Source: Hyalangium minutum
Lineage (GTDB): Bacteria; Myxococcota; Myxococcia; Myxococcales; Myxococcaceae
Direction: 5' to 3'
Assembly: GCF_000737315.1 (NCBI RefSeq)
Contig: NZ_JMCB01000003.1
Span: forward strand, 20,001 to 268,000
DNA length: 248,000 nt
The notes beneath the pieces are model-generated. The model did not search any database, was not told the DNA's origin, and was given only the letters and a program-made list of their open reading frames with translations. A program made the position numbers and the translations under genes. Each line of letters starts with the position of its first letter. Within the stretch, counting starts at the first letter, position 1. Below are positions 71,629 through 83,905 of this stretch, piece after piece.

Positions 71629-73002
71629 ATGAGGAAGTGGTTGGCAGTCGCGTTGCTCGCGGGGATGGCGGTACTGGGCGTGCTTCAGCCTGCGGCCCAG
71701 GTGAAGCAAGGAGGCCCCATCAACGCGGCCGACACCGCTTGGATCCTCACCGCGACGGCGCTGGTGCTGCTCATGACGCCGGGCCTGTCCTTCTTCTATG
71801 GCGGCATGGTCCGCCTGAAGAACGTGGTGTCCACCCTCATGCAGAGCTTCATGGCCATGGCGGTCATTAGTCTGTTGTGGGTAGTGGTAGGATTCAGCCT
71901 GAGCTTTGGCGACAGCTTCCACGGGCTCATCGGCGATCCGCGCACCTTCTTCATGTTCAGTGGCGTGGGCGGGGAGACGCACCCGGATCTGGCGCCCACC
72001 ATCCCGCTGATGCTGTTCGCGCTGTTCCAGCTGAAGTTCGCGATCATCACCCCGGCGCTGATCACCGGCGCGTTCGCCGAGCGCGTGCGCTTCAAGGCGT
72101 ACGTCATCTTCATGGTGCTCTTCAGCCTGTTCATCTACGCGCCGCTGGCGCACTGGACGTGGCACCCGGAGGGCTTCCTGCGGCAGTGGGGCGTGCTGGA
72201 CTTCGCGGGCGGCACGGTGGTGCACATGTCTGCGGGTTTCGCGGCGCTGGCCGGAGCCCTGGTGCTGGGGCGGAGGCAGGTGCACCTGGCCAACGTGACG
72301 CACACGCCGGCCAACATCCCCTTCGTCCTGCTGGGCACGGGCATGCTGTGGTTCGGGTGGTTCGGGTTCAACGCGGGCTCGGCGCTGTCGGCCTCGTCCG
72401 CTGCGACGCTGGCCTTCGCGACCACGAATACGGCCTCGGCGGCGGCGATGCTGGGGTGGCTGGCCTTTGACTGGCTGCGCGGCCGTCAGCCGAGCGCCAT
72501 GGGCGCCTGTGTGGGCGCAGTGGTCGGCCTGGTGGCGGTGACGCCGGCGGCCGGCTTCATCACCGTGGGCCAGAGCATCATGGTGGGCCTGGTGGCGAGC
72601 CTCGTGAGCAACGCGGCGGTGCACTTCAAGAGCCGCACCGCGCTGGACGACACGCTGGACGTGTTCCCCTGTCACGGCCTGGGCGGAGTGGTGGGCATGG
72701 TGCTCACCGGCGTGCTGGCCAAGGATGTGGGGCTCGTCTACGGCCAGACCCGCACCTTCCTCATGCACCTGCTGGGGCTGGTGGTGGTCTCGGTCTTCTC
72801 CTTCGTCGGCTCGTACCTGCTCTACAAGCTGGTGGATCGCATCGTCCCGCTGCGCGTGACGCGCGAGCAGGAGGAGCAGGGGCTCGATCTCAGCCAGCAC
72901 GGTGAGACGGTGGGCGAGACCGCCGTGGCTCCTGCGGCACCGGAGGCTCCTCGTTCCGAGCCCACTCCGCCCGCTCAGCCGGGGGTACCGGTCCCCGCGT
73001 AG
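71629..73002 (+). CDS. amtB: ammonium transporter
   Basis: LMTPGLSFFYGG, DFAGGTVVH, LWFGWFGFN.GS, DDTLDVF..HG. Confidence 0.95.
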   Translation: MRKWLAVALLAGMAVLGVLQPAAQVKQGGPINAADTAWILTATALVLLMTPGLSFFYGGMVRLKNVVSTLMQSFMAMAVISLLWVVVGFSLSFGDSFHGLIGDPRTFFMFSGVGGETHPDLAPTIPLMLFALFQLKFAIITPALITGAFAERVRFKAYVIFMVLFSLFIYAPLAHWTWHPEGFLRQWGVLDFAGGTVVHMSAGFAALAGALVLGRRQVHLANVTHTPANIPFVLLGTGMLWFGWFGFNAGSALSASSAATLAFATTNTASAAAMLGWLAFDWLRGRQPSAMGACVGAVVGLVAVTPAAGFITVGQSIMVGLVASLVSNAAVHFKSRTALDDTLDVFPCHGLGGVVGMVLTGVLAKDVGLVYGQTRTFLMHLLGLVVVSVFSFVGSYLLYKLVDRIVPLRVTREQEEQGLDLSQHGETVGETAVAPAAPEAPRSEPTPPAQPGVPVPA

Positions 73003-73083
73003 GTGTGCAGACGGTGGTGGGTTCGCGGCGGCGGCTCCTTTGTTCGGGGCCGCCGCTTTGCTTTTCTGCTTCTGGAAGAGGGC

Positions 73084-74358
73084 TCAGCGCGACTGCGGCT
73101 GCGAGGCCTGCTCCGAGGCCACGGGCGTGAGCTTCCACGTACCGTACCAGCGGCCTCCCTGGGGATCCTCGGCGAAGGCCACACCTTGGAGCGCTCCGGC
73201 CTGGAGGACCGCGCGGAACTGCACCGTGGTCTCCAGGAACGAGGGATCGCGGATGGAGAAGGTGAGCTCGTTGCTCTGCAGGACCGGCTGGAGGGGAGCC
73301 TCGGCTGTGCCGCCCTGGCTGAAGGTGAGGCGCGCGCGGCCGTTCATCCCGTTCCCCGTGTCTTCGAGAGAGAGGCGCAGGGTGGCGGGTGTCATGCCCG
73401 TCTCAGCGGGGTAGAGGGCCAGCGAGCCGCTCCAGGTGCCTGCGAGCCGGGCCGGCGGAAGGGGCTCGCCCTGAGGCAGGCTGGGGAGGGGGGGATGCGC
73501 GGGCGCTGGGGCCGTGCCGGTGGGGGGGAGCTTCTGCGTGAGAGCCACCTCGGAGCCCACCTGTTGCAGGTAGCGCGCGGTGTCCTCAGGAAGGGACACG
73601 AGCGTCACCGGGTGGGCGGCGTCGAAGCCTGAGCCCGTCCAGGGCGCACCGGTGAGGGTGCCGGGCGCACCCGTGCAGGGCTGGTGGAAGATCGAGGCGA
73701 ACAGGACACAGGCCGAGAGGTAGCTGCCCGCAGGCCCGGGGTGGTGGCCGTCCTGCGCATACAGCTCGAGCTCGGGGTGCTCGCGGCGGACGCGCTCCCA
73801 TGCGACGCCCACAGGGGCGAGCGCGGCACCCAGCTCGGAGGCAATGCGCGCGTAGGCTTGGGTGAGGTGCCCCTGGGCGGCCAGGTTCGCCTTGCGAGAC
73901 CACGTCATATAGAAGAGCGGCTTTGCGCCCACCGCCGAGGCCTGGGCCGCCAGCTGGCGCGCCGCGGGGAAGAACAGCGGCTCGGGATCGCCCAGGTAGG
74001 CCACGCCGTCGATGCGCATGCCTCCCAGCAGGCTCTGCTCCTGGAGCACCACGTGGCTCCATCCACCCTCGGCCATGCGCCGGGAGGCGGTGCCCTCCGT
74101 GAGGAGCCATCGCAGCGTCGCGCCGCCGGTCAGCACGGACTCCGTCTCGATTCGGGACTGCGGGGCCAGGGCGCGCGCGAATCCCTTCAGCATCTCGGGG
74201 ACGCTGTTCTCATACGTGTAGCTGTTGCCGATGAAGAGGACTCGGGTCATGGCGGAGGGACCTGCGTCGGTAGAGGCCTCGGTGGACGGCGGGGGACTGC
74301 GGTCTGTGCGCGAGGTGCAGCCCAGCAGGAGAAGCAGGCTCCAGAACAAGCGGGACAT
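73084..74358 (-). CDS. SGNH/GDSL-like hydrolase lipoprotein
   Basis: FIGNSYT, VVLQEQS, DGHHP. Confidence 0.7.
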   Translation of the reverse strand: MSRLFWSLLLLLGCTSRTDRSPPPSTEASTDAGPSAMTRVLFIGNSYTYENSVPEMLKGFARALAPQSRIETESVLTGGATLRWLLTEGTASRRMAEGGWSHVVLQEQSLLGGMRIDGVAYLGDPEPLFFPAARQLAAQASAVGAKPLFYMTWSRKANLAAQGHLTQAYARIASELGAALAPVGVAWERVRREHPELELYAQDGHHPGPAGSYLSACVLFASIFHQPCTGAPGTLTGAPWTGSGFDAAHPVTLVSLPEDTARYLQQVGSEVALTQKLPPTGTAPAPAHPPLPSLPQGEPLPPARLAGTWSGSLALYPAETGMTPATLRLSLEDTGNGMNGRARLTFSQGGTAEAPLQPVLQSNELTFSIRDPSFLETTVQFRAVLQAGALQGVAFAEDPQGGRWYGTWKLTPVASEQASQPQSR

Positions 74359-74372
74359 GGCGAGAGGAGCGT

Positions 74373-75116
74373 TCAGAAGCGCCCGGCGAGTCCACCGAGG
74401 ACGCCGCCGTGAGGGGTGACGGTGGCCACTGGAATAACCATCGGCGTGAGGGCCCGGTCGCGTTGCCTTCGGGCGAGGGCCCGCGAGTGGGAGAGCTCGT
74501 AGCCGATCATGCCTCCGACAACAGGTCCGGCGATGAAGGGGATGACCGCCAACTCATCCGCGGAAGAGGCCAGGCCCAGAGCGAGAAGAGAGCCGATCAG
74601 GGTACCGATCGCCGCGCCGCCGGCGGTGGGCCAGTACTCGCCCTCGCCGTGCAGGAGACTTCCCGCGCCGGTGATGCCGAGGGCCGCTCCTCCCGCGAGC
74701 CCTGCCAGGCCGAGACCCAAGCCAAGGATGGCTCGGGAATCCTCTCCGCCGTTGCAGGCGTCATCGCAGAGGATCGCGCTGAAGATGAGGAGTCCTCCGG
74801 GGATGATGCCCACGGAAGCGCCGACGCTCCCTCCGACGAGCTCGAGGAGCAGCCGAGGCGCGGTGGGACTGGGGTCGGTGCCGGCGTACCAGTCGCGACG
74901 GATGATCTCGCCCCGAGACGCGTCCTCAGGGGAGGGCTCGAGGGAATCGCTCGGGGCCGCCTGAGGGCTGTCGGCAGGGGACTCGGGAGGCGCCGGGACG
75001 AGCGGAGGGGGTGTCACGTTGGGGACCGGTTGCTCGAGAGGAGCCGCGTTCTGGGCGAGTCCTGGCAGGGGGAGCAGGAGGCAGAACAGCAGCGGCGCGA
75101 GGCGAGCGGTCGGCAT
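74373..75116 (-). CDS. hypothetical exported protein (Gly-zipper; paralog of 146296)
   Basis: signal peptide; GGMIGYELSH..TPHGG.LGGL.GRF. Confidence 0.55.
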   Translation of the reverse strand: MPTARLAPLLFCLLLPLPGLAQNAAPLEQPVPNVTPPPLVPAPPESPADSPQAAPSDSLEPSPEDASRGEIIRRDWYAGTDPSPTAPRLLLELVGGSVGASVGIIPGGLLIFSAILCDDACNGGEDSRAILGLGLGLAGLAGGAALGITGAGSLLHGEGEYWPTAGGAAIGTLIGSLLALGLASSADELAVIPFIAGPVVGGMIGYELSHSRALARRQRDRALTPMVIPVATVTPHGGVLGGLAGRF

Positions 75117-75385
75117 GCCCCGCAGCGTAATGCCGTGGGAGTGGGAGCAGGAAGCTCAAGGCATGACAGAACCTGTCCGACAAGTAGACAGGTTCGTGGC
75201 GGCTCCGTCCGGCAGGCGCCGCTGTATCCTGGTGGGCACTGGGGCTGCGGGGTCCCTTGCGCTCATGGGGGTTGCAAGGCAACCTACAAGGTAGGGTCAG
75301 ACCCACGTGACCCAGGATGTCAGACCCGGACGGTAGACCCCTCCCCATGGAAACGGGGATGGGCGTTGGAGAGGATGAAGAGAGC

Positions 75386-75937
75386 ATGGGGCGCAAACCG
75401 GCCACGTACGCGGATCTGGAAGCGTTACCCGAGAACGTGGTGGGGGAGCTGATCGCTGGGGAGCTGTACGTCAGCCCTCGGCCAGCGTCGCGTCACGCCC
75501 GGGCCGCCTCTGTGCTGGGCGTCAAGCTAGGAGGCCCTTTTGACCTGCGAGATGGAGGTCCGGGAGGCTGGGGCATCCTCGACGAACCGGAACTTCACTT
75601 CGGGGAGGATGCGCTGGTGCCAGACTTGGCGGGCTGGAGGCGGGAACGGATGCCCGCGTTGCCGGACACCGCAGCCTTCGAGTTGGCACCGGATTGGGTG
75701 TGCGAGGTGCTCTCTCCGTCCACGGCCTCGCTGGATCGGACCATCAAACTCCCGGTGTATGCCCGTGAAGGGGTCAGCCATCTGTGGCTGGTGGACCCCA
75801 AGGCGCGCACGCTGGAGGTGCTCCGGCTCGACGGGGAGCGCTACACGCTCCTGGGCAAACACGAGGCAGGTGCCCGTGTTCGCGCGGAGCCCTTCGAGGC
75901 GCTCGAACTGGAGCTGGCCCCCCTCTGGGAGATGTAG
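75386..75937 (+). CDS. Uma2-family endonuclease-fold protein
   Basis: LVPDLAGWR, PDWVCEVLSPST, WLVDP. Confidence 0.85.
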   Translation: MGRKPATYADLEALPENVVGELIAGELYVSPRPASRHARAASVLGVKLGGPFDLRDGGPGGWGILDEPELHFGEDALVPDLAGWRRERMPALPDTAAFELAPDWVCEVLSPSTASLDRTIKLPVYAREGVSHLWLVDPKARTLEVLRLDGERYTLLGKHEAGARVRAEPFEALELELAPLWEM

Positions 75938-75974
75938 TCCCGAGGAGGGCTCCAGCGGCGCCCCGGTACCGCGG

Positions 75975-77816
75975 TTACGCCTCTTCGCGCTCCTCGCGCT
76001 TGCGGTCACGCTCGGCGCGGTAGCGCTCTCCGAACGCGAGCGACTTCTTGCGCAGGCGCACCGACTTGGGCGTCACCTCCACCAACTCGTCGTCCGCGAT
76101 CCACTCCAGCGCCTTCTCCAGCCCCATCTCGCGAGGCGGCGTGAGGATGACGTTCTCATCCCGGCCCGCGGCGCGGATGTTGGTCAGCTTCTTCTCGCGG
76201 CAGCAGTTGACGTTCAGCTCCGAGGGGTGGGCGTGCTCGCCGATGATCATCCCCTCGTACACCGTCACGCCCGCGCCCACGAACAGCGCCCCGCGCTCCT
76301 GGATGCTGAACAGCGCGTACGGCACCGTCTCGCCCAGGCGGTCGGACACCATCGCGCCGTTGCTCCGCTTCGGGATGTAGCCGAACCACGGCTCGTACCC
76401 GTCGAACTGGCTGCTCATGATGCCCTCACCGCGCGTAATGGTGAGGAACTCCGAGCGGAACCCAATCAGGCCGCGCGCCGGAATCCGGAACTGCAACCGC
76501 GTGCGGCCGGAGCCCAGCTGCGTCATGTCCACCATGCGCCCCTTGCGAGGCCCCAGCCGCTCGGTCACCGCGCCTACGCTGTTCTCGGGCACGTCGCACA
76601 CCAGCAGCTCCATGGGCTCGTGGACCTGTCCCTCGATCGTCTTCGTCAGCGGCTCCGGGTTCGAGGCCGTCAGCTCGTAGCCCTCGCGGCGCATCGTCTC
76701 GATGATGACCGCCAGCTGGAGCTCGCCACGCCCCACCACCCGGAACGCGTCCGGCGTCGCCGTGTCCTCCACGCGGATGGCCACGTTGCGGTAGGACTCG
76801 CGGTACAGGCGCTCGCGCAGGTTGCGGGAGGTGACGTACTTGCCCTCCTTGCCCGCCAGAGGCCCGTCGTTCACCCGGAAGATCATCATCATCGTGGGCT
76901 CTTCCACGGTGATGCGGGGCAGGGCCACCGGGTTCTCCGGATCGGAGATGGTGTCGCCGATCGAGATGTCCTCGATGCCCGCGATGGAGACGATCTCTCC
77001 CGGGCCGGCGTCCTGAATCTCCGTGCGCTTCAGGCCCTGGAAGCCGTACAGCTTGACGATCTTGCCCTTCTCGATCTTGCCACCCTCACGCACCACGGAC
77101 ACAGGCATGTTCGGCGTCAGCTTGCCGGCCAGGATGCGGCCCACCGCGAGGCGGCCCACGTAGTCGTCGTAGTCCAGGTTGGCCACCAGCAGCTGCGGCA
77201 CCGTCTGCTCGCTCTGGGGCGGGGGAGGGATGTGGCTCAGGATCGCCGCGAACAGCGGCTCCAGCGTCTTGCCCGGCACCTCCAGCTGCGTGGAGGCCTG
77301 ACCCTGGCGGGCGATCGTGTAGAGCACCGGCATCTCGAGCTGCGTGTCGTCCGCGCCCAGATCGATGTAGAGCGAGTACACGTGGTCCAGCACTTCCTTG
77401 GCCCGAGCGTCCTGCCGGTCGATCTTGTTGATGACCAGCACCGTCTTCAGGCCCATGGCCAGCGCCTTGCTGAGCACGAAGCGCGTCTGGGGCAGGGGGC
77501 CCTCGGCGGCGTCCACCAGGAGGATGACGCCATCCACCAGGCGCAGGCCGCGCTCCACCTCGCCGCCGAAGTCCGCGTGGCCCGGCGTGTCGATGATGTT
77601 GATCTGGGTTCCCTTGTAGGTAACGGCCGTGTTCTTCGCGAGGATGGTGATGCCCTTCTCGCGCTCGAGGTCGTTGGAGTCCATCACCCGCTCAACGACG
77701 GCTTCGTTGCTGCGGAAGATGCCCGCCTGGCGGAGCATGTGATCGACGAGGGTGGTCTTGCCATGGTCAACGTGGGCGACGATGGCGACGTTACGGATAT
77801 TTTCGCGAGCAATCAT
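75975..77816 (-). CDS. typA: translational GTPase TypA/BipA
   Basis: [44 protein letters not shown]. Confidence 0.97.
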   Translation of the reverse strand: MIARENIRNVAIVAHVDHGKTTLVDHMLRQAGIFRSNEAVVERVMDSNDLEREKGITILAKNTAVTYKGTQINIIDTPGHADFGGEVERGLRLVDGVILLVDAAEGPLPQTRFVLSKALAMGLKTVLVINKIDRQDARAKEVLDHVYSLYIDLGADDTQLEMPVLYTIARQGQASTQLEVPGKTLEPLFAAILSHIPPPPQSEQTVPQLLVANLDYDDYVGRLAVGRILAGKLTPNMPVSVVREGGKIEKGKIVKLYGFQGLKRTEIQDAGPGEIVSIAGIEDISIGDTISDPENPVALPRITVEEPTMMMIFRVNDGPLAGKEGKYVTSRNLRERLYRESYRNVAIRVEDTATPDAFRVVGRGELQLAVIIETMRREGYELTASNPEPLTKTIEGQVHEPMELLVCDVPENSVGAVTERLGPRKGRMVDMTQLGSGRTRLQFRIPARGLIGFRSEFLTITRGEGIMSSQFDGYEPWFGYIPKRSNGAMVSDRLGETVPYALFSIQERGALFVGAGVTVYEGMIIGEHAHPSELNVNCCREKKLTNIRAAGRDENVILTPPREMGLEKALEWIADDELVEVTPKSVRLRKKSLAFGERYRAERDRKREEREEA

Positions 77817-77986
77817 ACGGACAAAGACTCGAAGCTGAAGGGCAGGGCATTCAGTGGAACAGGTTCACCCTGAATCCCACCGGAACGCACGAGGCGGGGG
77901 CTTATATGCCGCAGCCCCCTCGTCCGCAATGAACGCCGGTCGCTTTGTGCCCCTCGTATCCGCTCCGAGCGGAACTGCTGGGCTGC

Positions 77987-78916
77987 TTACCGGGGCGGAG
78001 TGCCTTCCCCTGAGGGGAGGCGGGGCGGCGGCGGAGCGAGGTGGATGCCCAGCCGGTCGCGCAGGAAGCGCTCGACGCGGAGCTCGACCAGCTCCTTGTA
78101 CTCCAGGGGAGCGGTGTGGGTCCCCAGCGGCACCAGCATCAGCTCGGCGCCGGGGATGCGCTCGGCCATCTTCCGGGAGAGCCGGGCCGGGGTGAACTTG
78201 TCCTTCTCGCCCGCGATGATGAGCGTGGGTACGTCCACGTGGGGCAGATGGTCCCACGCCGTGTGGTTCGCCATGGAGTCCAGCGTCCGGACGAAGACCA
78301 CCGGGTCCATCTTGGCCAGGTGCTCGAAGTAGGGGGCGAAGTCCTCGCGGGACAGCAGATCCCGGTTCACCTCCACCGTGAGGGCCACCTGCATGGCCAA
78401 CTCCGTGCTCAGCAGCGAGTGCACCAGCTTGCCTGCCCGCTCGGGGTACTTCTCCACGAGGTGCCGGATGAGGGGGAAGACGCGCTTGAGGTACGTGGAG
78501 TCGTGGAAGGTGTCGAGCGGGTTGCCGTAGCTGCCGCAGATGAGCACCAGCCCCCGGACGCGGTGCGCGTAGCGGCGGTGGAACTCCAGCGCCACCTGCA
78601 CACCGATGGAGTGTCCGAAGATGACCCCTTGCTTTACCGCGGCCGCGTCCATCACCCGGTCGAGGTCCTCGCAGGTGTAGAGCATGCCGAAGCGGGAGCG
78701 ATCCTGCGGAATCCCCGAGCGGCCATGCCCCCGGTAGTGCCAGCGCAGCACCCGGTGGTCCCGGGCCAGGTAGGGCGTGAGGTACTTCCACGCGAACCCG
78801 TCACAGCCCAGCCCATCGCACAGCACCATGCCGGGCTCGCCGTCGCCGAGCACCTGGAAGTACAGCCCGGCCCCGTCGGGCACCTGGAGGTAGTCCTGCC
78901 GGAAGTAGTGGCTCAT
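77987..78916 (-). CDS. alpha/beta hydrolase
   Basis: YRGHG, GHSIG nucleophile elbow, THT. Confidence 0.85.
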   Translation of the reverse strand: MSHYFRQDYLQVPDGAGLYFQVLGDGEPGMVLCDGLGCDGFAWKYLTPYLARDHRVLRWHYRGHGRSGIPQDRSRFGMLYTCEDLDRVMDAAAVKQGVIFGHSIGVQVALEFHRRYAHRVRGLVLICGSYGNPLDTFHDSTYLKRVFPLIRHLVEKYPERAGKLVHSLLSTELAMQVALTVEVNRDLLSREDFAPYFEHLAKMDPVVFVRTLDSMANHTAWDHLPHVDVPTLIIAGEKDKFTPARLSRKMAERIPGAELMLVPLGTHTAPLEYKELVELRVERFLRDRLGIHLAPPPPRLPSGEGTPPR

Positions 78917-78919
78917 GGC

Positions 78920-80506
<1,587 letters not shown>

Positions 80507-80611
80507 TCCTCGCGCCCATGTCCCGGGGCAGGACAGCTCGACACATCCCGGTGTCCGATTTTCAGCCGATGCTCATATACTGAGCCAAGGTCGCTGTCTC
80601 AGGGTTCTCCC

Positions 80612-81649
80612 GTGACTACATCGGCGCATACAGAGCGTGGATCGAGGCGAGCCCACAGCGCGAGCCATGGGCACGGCCATGACCATGGGCACGATCACGG
80701 CCATGGCCACGGGCACGATCATGGACATGGCCACGGCCATGGGCCTGGTGGGCCCCCTCGGAGGCCGACCAACCTGGCCGATGAGCGGCGCAAGGATCGG
80801 AATCGGCTGATCTTCGCGCTGATCCTCACGGCCACCATCGCGCTGGCCGAGGCGGTGGGCGGCTTCCTGACGAACTCGCTGGCGTTGATGTCCGACGCCG
80901 GCCACATGCTGACGGACGTATCCGCGCTGGCACTGAGCCTGCTGGCGCTGTGGTTCTCCGGCAAGCCGGCCAACCTCAAGAAGACGTACGGCTACTACCG
81001 GATGGAGATCCTCAGCGCGCTGCTCAACGGCGTGCTGCTGCTGGGGATTACGGTGGTGATCCTCTTGGAGGCCTGGGAGCGCTTCCGCTCTCCGGCGCCG
81101 GTGAACCTGGGGCCCATGGCGGTGGTGGCCCTGGTGGGCTTGGTGGCCAACCTGGCCGCGCTGGGCTTCCTGCACCGGACGCACTCGCTCAACGTGCGTG
81201 GGGCGTTCCTGCACGTGCTGGGGGATGCGCTGTCCAGCGTGGGCGTGCTCCTGGGCGCGGGGATCATGGCCCTGACGGGCTGGTACGTGGTGGACTCCCT
81301 CATCTCCGCCCTCATCTCGGTGGTGATCGTCGTGGGCGCCATCCGCCTGGTGCGCGACGCGGTGGACGTGTTGCTGGAGGCCGTGCCCGCCCACGTGGAC
81401 ATGGAGGCCGTGAAGAATCTGTTGATGCGGGTGCAGGGCGTGACGGCGGTGCACGATCTGCACGTGTGGACCATCTCCAGCGGGCTCTACGCACTGTCGG
81501 TGCACCTGGTGGTGGCCAACGCCCTGGCCTGCAACAACGACGAGATCCTCTCGGCGGTGAAGCACGAGCTGTTCGATCGGTATGGCATCGATCACACGAC
81601 CATCCAGATCGAGAGCGAGACGTACGCCCACTTGGGCGAGGTGCACTGA
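80612..81649 (+). CDS. cation diffusion facilitator (CzcD/ZitB-like) with His-rich N-terminus
   Basis: HGHGHDHGH, SDAGHMLTD, AFLHVLGD, HDLHVW, HTTIQIE. Confidence 0.9.
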   Translation: MTTSAHTERGSRRAHSASHGHGHDHGHDHGHGHGHDHGHGHGHGPGGPPRRPTNLADERRKDRNRLIFALILTATIALAEAVGGFLTNSLALMSDAGHMLTDVSALALSLLALWFSGKPANLKKTYGYYRMEILSALLNGVLLLGITVVILLEAWERFRSPAPVNLGPMAVVALVGLVANLAALGFLHRTHSLNVRGAFLHVLGDALSSVGVLLGAGIMALTGWYVVDSLISALISVVIVVGAIRLVRDAVDVLLEAVPAHVDMEAVKNLLMRVQGVTAVHDLHVWTISSGLYALSVHLVVANALACNNDEILSAVKHELFDRYGIDHTTIQIESETYAHLGEVH

Positions 81650-81733
81650 GGGGCCTGCGCGGCGGCCGGGAGACGACGCTCCGTGAGGAGTTGTCTTGCG
81701 TGGGCCGGAGAGTCGGACCATCCTCGGCGGCCC

Positions 81734-82777
81734 ATGAGTGTGCTGGACAAGGTGCTGTCGTTGCGGCCGGCGAACGCGGTGTCCCGGCTGGGACCTGGGT
81801 CCCGGCTGCCGCTGCTCAGCCCGATGGAACTGCTCCGCGCGATGGAGGGCTCTCCGGCAGCCCTGCCATGCGTGCCCGTGCGTGCCAAGGCGGCCATTCC
81901 GGGGCTGCTGACGGCGGCCCGGGCGGAGGACTCGGTGCTGGGGCTGGCGTGCTCCCACCCCCTGGCGGATCGCGGCGCCACGGAGCGCTTCCTGTCCGCC
82001 GTGAGGACCTCCGCGGCCGACTCCGAGCACGCGCGCCCCCTGTTCCTCCAGGCCGGGCCCGTACGCGTGGCCAAGCCCAAGCCGGAGGGCTTGGCGGTGC
82101 AGCAGGAAGCCATCTTCCGCCTGGTGGACGATGGGTTCACCCTCATCTCGCTGGACGTGTCCAAGCTGGATGCCGCCTCGGCCGTCGAGGTGATCCGCTC
82201 GCTGGCGGGCCCGCTGCGGGAGCGGGAACTGCCCATGGAGCTGACCCTGCCCGCGCGCCCACGAGAGGGCACCAGCGTGACGGACACGGCGCGCCCCATG
82301 CTGGAGGGCCTGCGCAAGGCCGGGATTCCGGTGGGCTTCCTCCGGGTGCCCGCGGCGGAGTTCGGCGAGGAGGACCTGGACGTGGGGCTGCTGCACCTCC
82401 TGGTGGAGCTGGCCACGAAGTTCGGTGTGAGCGTGACGGTGGCGGAGGTGACGGAGCGCTCCCTGCGTTCGCTGCCCACGTTCGTGGCGGCTGGGGTGCG
82501 CAAGGTGGACTGCGCCGCGCCCTTCGAGCGGCTCTCGCTGGCCGCGTGGCCGGCGGAGGCGCGGACCTTGCTGGAGCAGAAGGCGGGGGCCGCCGGAATG
82601 GCCCCGGGCGAACTGCTCGGGCTGCTCGAGGAGCAGTTCCCGGCGTTGGAGACCTCCGCGCGCGAGCGGCTGGAGGCCCTGTCCTTCACCGAGGCCACCG
82701 AGATGATCTCCCTGCTGGGCGCATCCAGGACGGGCTGGCGCTCCATGGTGTGGCTGGCCGAGAACCGGGGCGACTGA
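81734..82777 (+). CDS. hypothetical protein (TIM-barrel-like)
   Basis: long ORF in operon with rsmD-coaD. Confidence 0.55.
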   Translation: MSVLDKVLSLRPANAVSRLGPGSRLPLLSPMELLRAMEGSPAALPCVPVRAKAAIPGLLTAARAEDSVLGLACSHPLADRGATERFLSAVRTSAADSEHARPLFLQAGPVRVAKPKPEGLAVQQEAIFRLVDDGFTLISLDVSKLDAASAVEVIRSLAGPLRERELPMELTLPARPREGTSVTDTARPMLEGLRKAGIPVGFLRVPAAEFGEEDLDVGLLHLLVELATKFGVSVTVAEVTERSLRSLPTFVAAGVRKVDCAAPFERLSLAAWPAEARTLLEQKAGAAGMAPGELLGLLEEQFPALETSARERLEALSFTEATEMISLLGASRTGWRSMVWLAENRGD

Positions 82778-82780
82778 CAC

Positions 82781-83338
82781 ATGCGGATCGTCGCGGGCAG
82801 TGCGAAGGGCCGAGCGCTCCAAGGGCCCAAGTCCACCTCTCGGCACATCCGCCCCACGGCGGATCGGGTGCGGGAGACGCTCTTCAACGTGCTCGGCCAG
82901 TGGCTGGAGGGGCAGTCCGTGCTGGACCTCTACGCGGGCACGGGGGCGCTGGCGCTGGAGGCCCTCTCGCGCGGGGCGGGCCGGGCGGTGCTGGTGGACT
83001 CGGATCGCGAGGCGCTGGCGCTGTGCCGGCAGAACACGGACGCGCTGGGGTTCTCCACCCAGGTGGAGATCCTGGGCCAGCCGGTGGCCCGGGCGGTGGA
83101 GGCGCTGGCCAAGCGCGGGGAGCGCTTCGAGCTCATCTTCGCGGACCCGCCCTATGCGGCCCGGGTGGTGGAGTCGGTGCTGGAGCAGGTGGAGCAGGGC
83201 CGGCTGCTCATCCCCGGGGGCATGCTCATCATCGAGCATGACAAGCGCGAGGCTGCCCCGGAGGCCCACTCCGGGTTTTCCCGAGTCGACCAGCGCCGGT
83301 TCGGGGACACGCTGGTGAGCTTCTACCGCATTCCTTGA
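82781..83338 (+). CDS. rsmD: 16S rRNA m2G966 methyltransferase
   Basis: RPTADRVRE, LDLYAGTGAL.LEALSRGA, DPPY. Confidence 0.9.
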   Translation: MRIVAGSAKGRALQGPKSTSRHIRPTADRVRETLFNVLGQWLEGQSVLDLYAGTGALALEALSRGAGRAVLVDSDREALALCRQNTDALGFSTQVEILGQPVARAVEALAKRGERFELIFADPPYAARVVESVLEQVEQGRLLIPGGMLIIEHDKREAAPEAHSGFSRVDQRRFGDTLVSFYRIP

Positions 83339-83371
83339 CCGTCCCGTGGGGCGGGTTGAGACTCCATTGCC

Positions 83372-83854
83372 ATGCCGGTGGCCATCTATCCAGGTTCCTT
83401 CGATCCGCTCACCAACGGGCACCTCAGCCTCATCCAGCGCGGCCTCCAGATGTTCGATCGGGTGATCGTGGCCATCGCGGTCAACCCGAAGAAGACGCCG
83501 CTCTTCACGCTGGAGGAGCGCCGGGCGCTCATCCGCCAGGCCTGCCCGGATCCTCGGGTGGAGGTGGACGCCTTCCAGGGCCTGTTGGTGGAGTACGCCA
83601 AGCAGCGCCAGGTGAACGTGCTGCTGCGCGGGCTCCGGGCGGTCTCGGACTTCGAGTACGAGTTCCAGCTGGCCAACATGAACCGCAAGCTGGCCCCCGG
83701 CATCGAGACGGTCTTCATGATGACAGGTGAGGACTACTTCTACATTTCGTCACAGCTCGTTCGGGAAGTGGCCATGTTTGGCGGGGATGTGACGGGGATG
83801 GTGCCGGACGGGGTGCTGGCGAAGCTGAAGGAGAAGTTCGCCCGGAAGCCCTGA
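83372..83854 (+). CDS. coaD: phosphopantetheine adenylyltransferase
   Basis: [30 protein letters not shown]. Confidence 0.97.
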   Translation: MPVAIYPGSFDPLTNGHLSLIQRGLQMFDRVIVAIAVNPKKTPLFTLEERRALIRQACPDPRVEVDAFQGLLVEYAKQRQVNVLLRGLRAVSDFEYEFQLANMNRKLAPGIETVFMMTGEDYFYISSQLVREVAMFGGDVTGMVPDGVLAKLKEKFARKP

Positions 83855-83905
83855 AGTCGCTGTAGTGCTTGTCCGGGGCATGTCACTCGGGGTAGCAACC
83901 CGGAC